Notes under the pieces: generated by a model
What the model saw: the letters and a program-made list of their open reading frames with translations, nothing else
What the model was told of the DNA's origin: nothing
Databases searched by the model: none
Made by a program: the position numbers and the translations under genes
Shown: positions 19,532 through 28,908 of the stretch, piece after piece
Numbering within the stretch: position 1 is the stretch's first letter
How the letters are laid out: every line of letters begins with the position of its first letter
Source of the DNA: Acutalibacteraceae bacterium
GTDB lineage: Bacteria; Bacillota; Clostridia; Oscillospirales; Acutalibacteraceae
Length of the DNA stretch: 64,000 nucleotides
Reading direction: 5' to 3'
NCBI GenBank assembly: GCA_045539375.1
Contig: JAZQFG010000050.1
Span: 68,589-132,588, forward strand

Positions 19532-19624
19532 CATCTTGATTTCCCGTTCCCTTTCTGTTACACTATACAAGTATGCGCGCCTGCGGGTGCGCCCCCATAT
19601 TACCCCCTGTAGGAGGATAACGCT

Positions 19625-21226
19625 ATGATTACTGTTTCTGATTTGGGCATTAATTTCAGCGGTCAGGATCTGTTTAAGCACGTGGATCTGAAATTCGTCC
19701 CCGGCAACTGCTACGGCGTCATCGGCGCCAACGGCGCGGGCAAGTCCACCTTCCTGCGTATTCTGTCCGGCGATCTGGATCCCACCTCCGGCGAGGTGAT
19801 CATTGACAAGCGCACCCGTATGTCGGTGCTTAAGCAGGATCACTATGCCTATGACGATCAGACCGTGCTGGATACCATCATTCAGGGCAACCCCCGTCTG
19901 TTCGAGATCATGCAGCAGAAGGACGCTCTGTATGCCAAAGAGGATTTCACCGACGAGGATGGCGAGCTGGCCGCCCAGCTGGAGGGCGAGTTTGCCGAGA
20001 TGAACGGCTGGGAGGCGGAGACCGAGGCCGGTCAGATCCTGCAGGGTCTGGGCCTGGACGACAGCCTGTTGTACAGCGTGATGTCCACCCTGGGCGATAA
20101 GCAGAAGGTGAAGATCCTGCTGGCCCGTGCCCTGTTCGGTCATCCTGATATCATCCTGCTGGACGAGCCTACCAACCACTTGGACATTGACTCCATTCGT
20201 TGGCTGGAGGATTTTCTGATGGATTACGACGGCACCGTCATCGTGGTGTCCCACGACCGTCACTTCCTCAATAACGTCTGCACCCACATCGTGGACGTGG
20301 ACTACAACAAGATCAAGATCTACGTGGGCAACTACGATTTCTGGTACGAGTCCAGCCAGCTGATCCAGAAGATCATGCGGGAGCAGAGCAAGAAGAACGA
20401 GGAGAAGATCAAAGAGCTGCAGGCCTTTATCCAGCGCTTCTCTGCCAACAAGTCCAAGTCCCGTCAGGCTACCTCCCGCCGCAAGCTGCTGGATAAGCTG
20501 ACGGTGGAGGAGATGCCCGCCTCCAGCCGCCGCTATCCCTACGTTGGCTTCCAGATGGACCGTGAGGCCGGCAAGGAGATTTTGGCAGTGGAGGATATCA
20601 CCAAGACCATCGACGGTGTCAAGGTGCTGGACAAGATCTCCTTCCGCATCAACAAGGGGGACAAGGTTGCCTTTGTGGGTCAGGATGAGATCGCCACCAC
20701 CACCCTGTTCAAGATTTTGGCAGGGGAGATGGAGCCGGACAGCGGCTCTTACAAGTGGGGCGGCACCACCAGCCTGTCCTACTTCCCCAAGGATAATTCC
20801 GCCTACTTCGACGGTGTGGATCTACCGCTGATCCAGTGGCTGAACCAGTATTCTCAGGATAACACCGAGACCTATCTGCGCGGCTTTTTGGGCAAGATGC
20901 TGTTCTCCGGCGACGATGTGCTCAAGCCGGTGAAGGTGCTCTCCGGTGGCGAAAAGGTGCGGTGTATGCTGTCCCGTATGATGATGTACGGCTCCAACGT
21001 GCTGATGCTGGATCAGCCCACCAACCACTTGGATTTGGAGTCCATCACCGCGGTCAACGATGGCCTGACCAACTTTGGCGGCAACGTGCTGTTCTCCTCC
21101 TATGACCACCAGTTCATTCAGACGGTGGCGGATCGCATTATGGAGATCAAGGATGGCAAGCTGATCGATAAGATGATGACCTACGACGATTATATCGAGT
21201 GGAAATCCCAGAACGGCATCAAATAA
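19625..21226 (+). CDS. ABC-F family ATPase (YkpA-like, two ABC domains, no TM)
   Basis: Two Walker A motifs (GANGAGKST, and the second domain), two LSGGE-type signatures, and DEPTNHLD twice. N-terminus MITVSDLGINFSG..FVPGNCYGVIGANGAGKSTFL closely resembles B. subtilis YkpA as I recall it. Confidence 0.88.
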   Translation: MITVSDLGINFSGQDLFKHVDLKFVPGNCYGVIGANGAGKSTFLRILSGDLDPTSGEVIIDKRTRMSVLKQDHYAYDDQTVLDTIIQGNPRLFEIMQQKDALYAKEDFTDEDGELAAQLEGEFAEMNGWEAETEAGQILQGLGLDDSLLYSVMSTLGDKQKVKILLARALFGHPDIILLDEPTNHLDIDSIRWLEDFLMDYDGTVIVVSHDRHFLNNVCTHIVDVDYNKIKIYVGNYDFWYESSQLIQKIMREQSKKNEEKIKELQAFIQRFSANKSKSRQATSRRKLLDKLTVEEMPASSRRYPYVGFQMDREAGKEILAVEDITKTIDGVKVLDKISFRINKGDKVAFVGQDEIATTTLFKILAGEMEPDSGSYKWGGTTSLSYFPKDNSAYFDGVDLPLIQWLNQYSQDNTETYLRGFLGKMLFSGDDVLKPVKVLSGGEKVRCMLSRMMMYGSNVLMLDQPTNHLDLESITAVNDGLTNFGGNVLFSSYDHQFIQTVADRIMEIKDGKLIDKMMTYDDYIEWKSQNGIK

Positions 21227-21240
21227 GAATGTATCAAAAA

Positions 21241-21269
21241 ACCGCTACCCGTCAGGGTAGCGGTTTTTT
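21241..21269 (+). terminator. Rho-independent terminator of the ABC-F gene
   Basis: ACCGCTACCC-GTCA-GGGTAGCGGT followed by TTTTT. Confidence 0.8.
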
Positions 21270-21289
21270 GATGTTTCGTACTTGCGGAA

Positions 21290-21383
21290 ATCGTGCTTGT
21301 AGGGGCGGGCGTCCTCGACCGCCCGTAAGACTCCCTCTTGAGGGAGGTGGCAAAAATATTCGATTTTTGACGGAAGGAGTTAA
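21290..21383 (+). repeat. Intergenic multi-hairpin repeat element, copy B
   Basis: Same orientation and architecture as 18323-18420. Like copy A, it sits just downstream of a terminator. Confidence 0.75.
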
Positions 21384-21415
21384 TTTCTCATTGCCCATTG
21401 CTCATTCCTAATTGT

Positions 21416-24400
21416 TTATTTCACCACAGCCACGTTATCCTCGCCCAAAATCTGTTTGAGCGTAGCAATCAGCGCCGCGGTGGGGGTCACGCACCATTCT
21501 TTGGGCGCCTTGACCAACCGTCCGCTATCCGTAAAACGGATATACACCGGCAGGGTGCCGGGTGCGGTGGTTACGGCATTGTAAGCGCTTTCAAACTGGG
21601 CACATTGCTCGCATTTCAGCCGCAGATACAGCCCCGCGCGGGGGGCGGGGGTGGTCGGCTGCTGCGGTGCTTCTTGGGGCATGGGGGGTGCCTGCTCCGG
21701 CACCGCCTCGATGCGCTCACACAGTAATTTCGGCTCTTTTTCCTCTTGGATATCCAGCCGTCCGGTGACCAGAATCACCTGCCCGGGCTGCAGCATCTCC
21801 TCGTATTGCGCCAGCGTTTTGGGGAATATCACCGCCTCCATAGCGCCGTAGAGATCCTCCAGTTGGGCATAGGCCATTTTCGCACCGCTCTTGGTGTTCT
21901 GCATTCGCAGGGCGCCCACCATACACAGCAGACGTATGGTGGAGCCGTCCTTATACCGTTCGCCGCCCTCTTCGGCGGCCTCCAGTATGCGGTCGATGCG
22001 GTGCGCCCGCAGGGGCTTATAGTGCTCCTTATAGGGGGTCAGGGGATGTCCCGTCAGGTACAGTCCCGTGGCCTCCTTTTCCATCTGCAGCAGCTGGGCA
22101 TAGGGCAGCTCCGGTACGTCGGGGGGCGTGATGGGGGTATCTCCGGCGGCCTCCGCCGCATCAAAGAAGCCCACTTGCCCGTCCACGGCATAGCGGCTCT
22201 GGTTGTCCAGCTGATCCATCACCAGGGGTGCCATTTGCAGCATCTGGCGGCGGTTCAGCCCCAGTCCGTCCAAAGCGCCGCAGCGGATCAGGCTATCCAG
22301 CCCCAGTCGATTGAATTCCCGATGGGCGCTCAGCCGTTTGCAGAAGCTGTAATAGCCGGTGTAGGGGCCGTTGTTCTCCCGTTCGGCCACCATCACGTCC
22401 ACAAAGCCGCGTCCGATGTTTTTCACCGCCAGCAGGCCGAAGCGGATATGGTTGCCCACCACCATAAAGTCGGCGTCCGATTCGTTCACCGAGGGGGGGA
22501 GTACGGGGATGCCCATCCGCTCACATTCACGGATATAGGTGACCACCTTACTGCTGCCGAACACGCTGGTCAGCAGGGCAGCCATATATTCGTTGGGATG
22601 CAGGCACTTGAGATAGGCGGTCTGATAGGCCACCAGCGCATAGGCGGCGGCGTGGGATTTGTTGAAGGCATAGGAGGCGAAGGAGGCCATCTCGTCAAAA
22701 ATGTGGTTGGCGGTGGCGGCGGGGACACCCCGACGGACACAGCCCTCCACCACCACCTGACCGTTTTCGGTCAGGCCGTTGATGAAGATCTCACGCTCCT
22801 GCTCCATCACGTCGTGTTTTTTCTTGGCCATGGCACGGCGCACCACGTCGGCACGGCCGAAGGAATAGCCCGCCAGCGCCTGTAGCACCTGCATCACCTG
22901 CTCCTGATATACGATACAGCCGTAGGTGACCCGCAGGATGGGCTCCAGTAGGGGGTGGGCATACTTGACCTGCCCCGGCTTACGGCTGTTGGCAATGTAG
23001 CGGGGGATGGAGTCCATAGGCCCGGGGCGGTACAGAGAGATCACCGCAATCAGATCCTCAAAGCGGGTGGGACGTAGCTGCATCAGCACCCGCTTCAGGC
23101 CGCCGGATTCCATCTGGAATACGCCGTCGGATTGGCCTGCGGACAGCATCTGATACACCCGCGCATCGTCCAGCGGAATATCCGCCACATGGAAATCGGG
23201 GTGATGCTTTTGAATCATTTTCTCCGCATCGGCGATCACCGTCAGGTTGCGCAGGCCGAGAAAATCCATTTTCAGCACACCCAGCTCCTCCAGATTGTGC
23301 ATGGGGTACTGGGTGGCGACGGCATCGTGGTTCATACACAGGGGCACGTATTCACTCACCGGCTTGGGGGCGATCACCACACCGGCGGCATGGGTGGAGG
23401 CATTGCGGGGCATTCCCTCCACCTTCTGTGCCATATCGATCAGTTCCTTCACCTGCGGGTCGCTGTCCCGCAACTCGCGGAGCTTTTCACTCTCGTTCAG
23501 CGCCCGTTCCAGCGTCATATTGATGGCAAAGGGGATCAGCTTAGACACCTTATCCCCCACGGCATAGGGCAAACCCATCACACGGGCCACGTCCCGCACG
23601 GCGGCCTTGGCGGCCATGGTGCCGAAGGTGATGATCTGCGCCACCCGATCAGCGCCGTATTTGCCGATGACGTAGTCGATGACCTGCTGCCGCTTTTCGG
23701 TGCAGAAGTCCACGTCAAAATCGGGCATACTCACCCGCTCGGGGTTGAGGAATCGCTCAAACAGCAGATCGTATTTCAGGGGGTCGATGAGGGTGATGCC
23801 CATACAATAGGCACACAGACTGCCGGCGCCGGAGCCACGTCCGGGGCCGACGGGGATATCGTGGGTGCGGGCATAGTTCACGTAGTCCGCCACGATGAGA
23901 TAATAATCTGCATAGCCCATACGGCGGATGACGGATAATTCATATTCCAGACGGTCGGTGACCGTTTTGTCGGGGTTGTCACCGTACAGACGGCGCATGC
24001 CCTGCCGACACAGCTGCTCCAGATAGGCGTCGCTGTCCCCGCCGGGGCTGTCAAAGGCGGGTAGCTTGATCTGTCCGAATTGTAGCTCCACCCTACAGCG
24101 CTCTGCGATGCGGGCGGTGTTTTCCAGTGCCTCGGGCAGGGTGGGGAACAGGGCCGCCATCTCCTCGGCAGATTTCAGATAGAATTCTTCGGTTTCAAAG
24201 TTCAGGGGGCTGGGATCGTCCAGGGTGGTGGCGGTCTGGATGCAGGTGAGCACCTGCTGCATCTTGGCATCCTCTTTGCGGATGTAATGCACGTCGTTGG
24301 TGCACACCAGGGGGATGTTCATCTCCCGTGCCAGCCGTGTCAGAGCGCCGTTGACCTCTTTCTGCTCCGCCATGCCATGATCCTGCAGTTCCAGATAGAA

Positions 24401-24910
24401 GTTGCCCTCTCCAAAGGTGGCGGCGTACCATTGCACCAGCCGCCGCGCCTGCCCGAAGTCGGAGCGGGCGATGGCGTGGGGAATCTCGCCGGCTAAGCAG
24501 GCCGACAGAGCGATGAGTCCCTCGTGGTGCTGCTCCAGCAGCTTGTGATCCACGCGGGGCTTGATGTAAAAGCCGTCCACCCAGGCGGTGGATACCAGCT
24601 TCAGCAGGTTTTGATAGCCCACCTCGTTTTCGCACAGCAGCACCAGATGGTGGTATTCGCTGTCGGGGCCGTGCACCTTATCGGTGAGCCCACGGGCGGC
24701 CACGTATACCTCGCACCCGAGGATGGGGCGGATTCCCTGCTTATGGCATTCTTTATAGAAATCAATGACTCCGTACATGGCGCCGTGGTCGGTGATGGCC
24801 AGGGCGGTCTGCCCCAATTCCTTGGCACGGGCCACCAGCGCCGGGATACGGCAGGCGCCGTCCAGCAGGGAGTATTCGGTATGTACGTGTAGATGCACAA
24901 AATGATCCAT
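21416..24910 (-). CDS. dnaE: DNA polymerase III alpha subunit
   Basis: 1164 aa. N-terminal PHP domain (FVHLHVHTEYSLLDG), polymerase core, and a C-terminal OB fold. Confidence 0.97.
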   Translation of the reverse strand: MDHFVHLHVHTEYSLLDGACRIPALVARAKELGQTALAITDHGAMYGVIDFYKECHKQGIRPILGCEVYVAARGLTDKVHGPDSEYHHLVLLCENEVGYQNLLKLVSTAWVDGFYIKPRVDHKLLEQHHEGLIALSACLAGEIPHAIARSDFGQARRLVQWYAATFGEGNFYLELQDHGMAEQKEVNGALTRLAREMNIPLVCTNDVHYIRKEDAKMQQVLTCIQTATTLDDPSPLNFETEEFYLKSAEEMAALFPTLPEALENTARIAERCRVELQFGQIKLPAFDSPGGDSDAYLEQLCRQGMRRLYGDNPDKTVTDRLEYELSVIRRMGYADYYLIVADYVNYARTHDIPVGPGRGSGAGSLCAYCMGITLIDPLKYDLLFERFLNPERVSMPDFDVDFCTEKRQQVIDYVIGKYGADRVAQIITFGTMAAKAAVRDVARVMGLPYAVGDKVSKLIPFAINMTLERALNESEKLRELRDSDPQVKELIDMAQKVEGMPRNASTHAAGVVIAPKPVSEYVPLCMNHDAVATQYPMHNLEELGVLKMDFLGLRNLTVIADAEKMIQKHHPDFHVADIPLDDARVYQMLSAGQSDGVFQMESGGLKRVLMQLRPTRFEDLIAVISLYRPGPMDSIPRYIANSRKPGQVKYAHPLLEPILRVTYGCIVYQEQVMQVLQALAGYSFGRADVVRRAMAKKKHDVMEQEREIFINGLTENGQVVVEGCVRRGVPAATANHIFDEMASFASYAFNKSHAAAYALVAYQTAYLKCLHPNEYMAALLTSVFGSSKVVTYIRECERMGIPVLPPSVNESDADFMVVGNHIRFGLLAVKNIGRGFVDVMVAERENNGPYTGYYSFCKRLSAHREFNRLGLDSLIRCGALDGLGLNRRQMLQMAPLVMDQLDNQSRYAVDGQVGFFDAAEAAGDTPITPPDVPELPYAQLLQMEKEATGLYLTGHPLTPYKEHYKPLRAHRIDRILEAAEEGGERYKDGSTIRLLCMVGALRMQNTKSGAKMAYAQLEDLYGAMEAVIFPKTLAQYEEMLQPGQVILVTGRLDIQEEKEPKLLCERIEAVPEQAPPMPQEAPQQPTTPAPRAGLYLRLKCEQCAQFESAYNAVTTAPGTLPVYIRFTDSGRLVKAPKEWCVTPTAALIATLKQILGEDNVAVVK

Positions 24911-25037
24911 AGTCAGCGCCTCCTTTCTTCAGAAAGGCCGATTTTCACGCTGTCGGCGTTAAAATGCGCGCCAATACATACCGTATTGGCTGTGCTCTTG
25001 CCTTGACAGCGCAAAAATCCTCTCTTTCTGTGGCTGT

Positions 25038-25940
25038 TTACTCCAAATTTTCCGCAAATTGGATGATGCGTTGCAGACGATGGTTGACTCCACTGCGGGA
25101 GAGGGGCGGATCCATGGCGGCGCCCAGATCCCGCAGGGACATATCCGGATTTTCCAGCCGTAGGCGGGCCACGGTTTGCAGCTCCTCCGGCAGGGCGGCC
25201 AGACCGCAGGTGGCCTCGATGCGGGCCAGCGCATCGGTCTGCGCCACGGCGGCCTGCACCGTCTTGTCCAGATTGGCGTTTTCAAAATTCAGGCGGCGGT
25301 TGGTATCGTTACGGATGCTCTTGACCATTTTGACACCCATCAGCTCCAGAGAAGCCTTGGTGGCACCCAAAAAAGTCAGGCAATCCTCAATGCGCTCACT
25401 CTCTTTGATGTATACGATATAGGAGCCGCCGCGGGTGGCGGTTTTCGCCGGGAAATCCCATTCCCGCAGCAGGGCGGCGATATCACGGCTGAGATTGTAG
25501 TGGGGCACCGCAAACTCCAGATGATAATCGTGTTCCGGATCGGTGACCGCCCCGCAGACCAGAAAGGCGCCCCGCAGATAGGCACGGGCGCAGGCCTCGC
25601 ATTCTAAATTGGCACGGTTGAGCCGCAGGGATACCTCGCTGCCGCTATGACCAAAGCGTTCCAGCAGTGCTTGCCGCTGGGCAGGGTCCTCAATGCTGCT
25701 CTGGTGAAGGGTGGTACGGCGGCGCAGCTCCTGCCGCTGCGGGCGGGGGATGCCGCCGATGCGGGACACCAGACGCTCGTATACGTCCGCCACCGCCTCC
25801 TGCTCGGTCTGCAGAGAGATCTCTGCGGGGGTAAAGGCGTGACCGCATTCCAGCATTCCATAGGCTTGGGCGGTGCGGCAGCACAGCTTGTCCGGTGTGG
25901 CGGCGGCGATTTCTTTTTTGGCTTCGGATGAAAAGGACAT
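25038..25940 (-). CDS. whiA: DNA-binding protein WhiA
   Basis: MSFSSEAKKEI start, LAGLIDADG-like middle region, and a C-terminal HTH (LSRSGVNHRLQRI). Confidence 0.95.
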   Translation of the reverse strand: MSFSSEAKKEIAAATPDKLCCRTAQAYGMLECGHAFTPAEISLQTEQEAVADVYERLVSRIGGIPRPQRQELRRRTTLHQSSIEDPAQRQALLERFGHSGSEVSLRLNRANLECEACARAYLRGAFLVCGAVTDPEHDYHLEFAVPHYNLSRDIAALLREWDFPAKTATRGGSYIVYIKESERIEDCLTFLGATKASLELMGVKMVKSIRNDTNRRLNFENANLDKTVQAAVAQTDALARIEATCGLAALPEELQTVARLRLENPDMSLRDLGAAMDPPLSRSGVNHRLQRIIQFAENLE

Positions 25941-25975
25941 GGCTGTGCCTCCTTTCTTTCGTTTCAGGGTGGGGA

Positions 25976-26836
25976 TTATTCCCGGCCGATATCCCGGTGA
26001 TACACCAGAATCTGTCCGTCGGTCATCTCCTTGAGGGCATCGGCCAGCCGATTGGCCATGGTCACCGAGCGGTGCTTGCCGCCGGTGCAGCCGATGGCGA
26101 TCACCAGCTGACTGCGGCCCTCTTTTTTATACAGGGGGATGGTATGCCCCAGTAGGGCGCAAATGTGCTTCAGATAGGCGGCGGCATCGGGGTTGTCCAT
26201 CACGTAGTCCTGCACCGCCGGATCCATACCCGTCAGGGGACGCAGCTCCGGCACGTAAAAGGGGTTGGGCAGACACCGCATATCCAGCATAATATCCGCC
26301 TCGGCGGGGAAGCCGTACTTATAGCCGAAGGACAGCACTTGCACCGTCATGGCCATCTCCGGCCGCACCGCAAACAGGTTTGCCAGACGGCTTTTTAGCT
26401 GGGCGGCGGTGAGGTGGGTGGTATCGATGCGGTAGTCCGCCATCTCGTACAGCGGTGCCAGCAGCTGCCGCTCCATCTGCAGTGCCTGCTCGATAGGGCG
26501 CCCCTCTTCGGCAAGAGGGTGGCTGCGGCGGGTCTCTTTATAGCGGCGGCGCAGGGCCTCGTTGCTGCAATCCAGAAACAGAACGTGACAGCATTCCACC
26601 GCCTCGGTCAGGGCGGGGAGCACCGCCTGCAATTCTTCAAACAGCATACCGGAGCGCACGTCGGTCACCAGAGCCACCCGATTCAGATCCTGGCTGCTCT
26701 GGCGGCACAGCTGTAAAAAGGGTACCATCAGCGCCGGCGGCATATTGTCCACGCAATAGTACCCCACGTCCTCCAGTGCCTTGCTGGCCTGGGATTTACC
26801 TGCGCCGGACATTCCGGTGACGATCATCAGCTCCAT
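25976..26836 (-). CDS. rapZ: RNase adapter protein RapZ (YvcJ)
   Basis: MELMIVTGMSGAGKS P-loop start with a GAGAGGAAAG RBS. C-terminal CTGGKHRSV. The track start at 26935 overlaps murB. Confidence 0.9.
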   Translation of the reverse strand: MELMIVTGMSGAGKSQASKALEDVGYYCVDNMPPALMVPFLQLCRQSSQDLNRVALVTDVRSGMLFEELQAVLPALTEAVECCHVLFLDCSNEALRRRYKETRRSHPLAEEGRPIEQALQMERQLLAPLYEMADYRIDTTHLTAAQLKSRLANLFAVRPEMAMTVQVLSFGYKYGFPAEADIMLDMRCLPNPFYVPELRPLTGMDPAVQDYVMDNPDAAAYLKHICALLGHTIPLYKKEGRSQLVIAIGCTGGKHRSVTMANRLADALKEMTDGQILVYHRDIGRE

Positions 26837-26853
26837 AGATGCTTTCCTCTCTG

Positions 26854-27774
26854 TTAAAACTCTCCGATAAAACGGACCTCGGGCTCTAATAGAACCCCGT
26901 CCTTTTCCATAATCTTGGTCTGCACCTGCCGACACAGTTCCAGCATATCGGCGGCGGTGGCGGCACCACGGTTGATCACAAAGCCGGCGTGTTTTTCGCT
27001 GACCTGGGCATCTCCCACGGAGAAGCCCTTCAGCCCCGCCTGTTCAATGAGCGCACCGGCAAAATATCCCTCGGGTCGCTTGAAAAAGCTGCCGGCGCTG
27101 GGATATTCCAGCGGCTGCTTTTCGCGGCGGCGTCCCAGCAGGTCTTTCATTTCACTCCAGATGGTGTTCTTGTCCCCCGGCTTCAGCTGCAGGGTGGCAC
27201 CGGTGACGATGAGATCCTTTTCCATCAGGGCAGAGTGGCGATAGCCCATATCCAGTTCTTCCGCCGGCAGAAAGCCGGTCTCGCCGTTGGGAGTAATGCA
27301 GTGAGCCAGCATAACCACGTCCGCCATACAGCCGCCGTAGGCGCCGGCGTTCATATACACCGCGCCGCCCACCGTACCGGGGATGCCGAAGGCAAACTCC
27401 AGTCCGGACAGACCGTGGTCGCGCGCAAACAGGCACAGCCGTTGCAGGCTCATACCGGCGGGGGCATAGATCACACCCTCGCCCAATTCAGGCTGTAATA
27501 CGGGGGTGGCATCCCGCTCCGCCAGCCGCAGTACCGCGCCGCGGATGCCCTTATCTCCCACCAGCAGGTTCGAGCCGTTGCCGATGAACAGATAGGGGAT
27601 GTTCTCCTGTTTACACAGACGCAGGATCTCTGCGGCAGCGGTGCCGTCCGGCAGGTCGATCAGCAGGTCGGCGGGCCCTCCGATCTTAAAGGTGGTGTGA
27701 GCGGCCATGGGGGCGTTTTCGGTTATTGTACACCCCAGAGCGGTGGCTGTATGTTTCAGGTGTTGATAATCCAT
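26854..27774 (-). CDS. murB: UDP-N-acetylenolpyruvoylglucosamine reductase
   Basis: FAD-binding FKIGGPAD...GNGSNLL and a C-terminal MurB domain. Confidence 0.95.
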   Translation of the reverse strand: MDYQHLKHTATALGCTITENAPMAAHTTFKIGGPADLLIDLPDGTAAAEILRLCKQENIPYLFIGNGSNLLVGDKGIRGAVLRLAERDATPVLQPELGEGVIYAPAGMSLQRLCLFARDHGLSGLEFAFGIPGTVGGAVYMNAGAYGGCMADVVMLAHCITPNGETGFLPAEELDMGYRHSALMEKDLIVTGATLQLKPGDKNTIWSEMKDLLGRRREKQPLEYPSAGSFFKRPEGYFAGALIEQAGLKGFSVGDAQVSEKHAGFVINRGAATAADMLELCRQVQTKIMEKDGVLLEPEVRFIGEF

Positions 27775-27799
27775 GGTGTCAACTCCTCGGGTGGAATCA

Positions 27800-28771
27800 T
27801 CAGAATTTTTCCCATTCTTCCTTCAGATCGCCGGGCAGACCGGTCTCCTCCGCCATCCCCAGCTTGTGTAGCAGCTCCTGGGCGGCGTTGTAGCCCATCT
27901 TCTTCTGGCGGTTGACCATCGCCGCACCCTCGATGATGATGGCGAGGTTTCGTCCGGGAGAAACGGGGATGGTGATGCTGGGCACCTCAATGCCCAAAAT
28001 ATTGATGGTTTCCCCATCCAGACCCATGCGGTCGTAGTTTTTGCCCTGCTCCCAGGGCTCCATCTGGATGGCCATATTGATCTTTTCGGTGTTCTTGACC
28101 GAGCCGATACCGTACATACGGCGCACGTTCACGATGCCGATGCCCCGCAATTCCACAAAGTGGCGGATGTTATCGGGGGAGGAGCCCACCAGCGTCTTGG
28201 CGGACACACGGCGGATCTCCACCGCATCGTCGGCAATCAGACGGTGACCGCGCTTGATCAGCTCAATGGCGGTCTCACTCTTACCGATGCCGCTGTCGCC
28301 CAGCAGCAACACACCCTCGCCGTACACCTCCACCAGCACACCGTGGCGGGTGATGCGGGGGGCCAGCTGCACGTTTAAGAAGGAGATCAGCGCCGCCATC
28401 AGCTGCGAGGTGGAATCCTTGCTCCGCAGCAGGGGCACCTGATGCTTTTCGCAGGCCTCCAGCAGCTCCGGCAGGATAGGCAGATCGCGGGTGACGATCA
28501 CGGCGGGGGGATTGGTGCCCACCAGTTCGTCAATATGGGTCTGGCGCAGATCGTGGGGCAGGTTTTCCAGAAAACCGTGCTCGTTTTTGCCCAAGATCTG
28601 CAGACGATCGCTGTCAAAATAATCCAGATACCCGCTGAGAGCCAGACCGGGACGGTTCACGTCCGGCGAGCTGACCAGCCGCTCCTCGGCGGGGGAGGGC
28701 ATATAGATGACCTCCAGCGTGCTTTCCTTGATGATGGCGGACAGCGGTACAGTATATGTTTGCTTTGCCAT
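27800..28771 (-). CDS. hprK: HPr kinase/phosphorylase
   Basis: LLLGDSGIGKSETALELI P-loop and the conserved IRGIGIVNV block. Confidence 0.95.
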   Translation of the reverse strand: MAKQTYTVPLSAIIKESTLEVIYMPSPAEERLVSSPDVNRPGLALSGYLDYFDSDRLQILGKNEHGFLENLPHDLRQTHIDELVGTNPPAVIVTRDLPILPELLEACEKHQVPLLRSKDSTSQLMAALISFLNVQLAPRITRHGVLVEVYGEGVLLLGDSGIGKSETAIELIKRGHRLIADDAVEIRRVSAKTLVGSSPDNIRHFVELRGIGIVNVRRMYGIGSVKNTEKINMAIQMEPWEQGKNYDRMGLDGETINILGIEVPSITIPVSPGRNLAIIIEGAAMVNRQKKMGYNAAQELLHKLGMAEETGLPGDLKEEWEKF

Positions 28772-28869
28772 AGTGATACCTCCTGAGGGTAGAATAGGGC
28801 ATATTATAATTAATTCTATTCTATCATAAGATGCACAAAAAGCAAAGGAAAAATTATAAAAAACAAAAA

Positions 28870-28900
28870 AAGGCGGGTAAGCCGTGGGCTCACCCGTCTT
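28870..28900 (-). terminator. Terminator downstream of the CDF transporter gene
   Basis: On the minus strand, GACGGGTGAGCC-CAC-GGCTTACCCGCC followed by TTTTTTTGTTTTTT. Confidence 0.6.
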
Positions 28901-28908
28901 TTGCCTGT

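Noticed and set aside
19625-21226. ABC-F protein as an antibiotic-resistance (ARE) ribosomal protection factor
   Set aside because: The sequence looks like the housekeeping YkpA type, with a short inter-domain linker. No leader peptide or attenuator is evident in the ~60-nt 5' UTR. Resistance function cannot be inferred from sequence alone.
21746-22885. 379-aa plus-strand ORF (and 23132-23938, 24524-24892)
   Set aside because: All lie inside dnaE in antisense.
25001-25006. TTGACA between dnaE and whiA as a plus-strand promoter
   Set aside because: No -10 element at proper spacing, and no plus-strand gene downstream.
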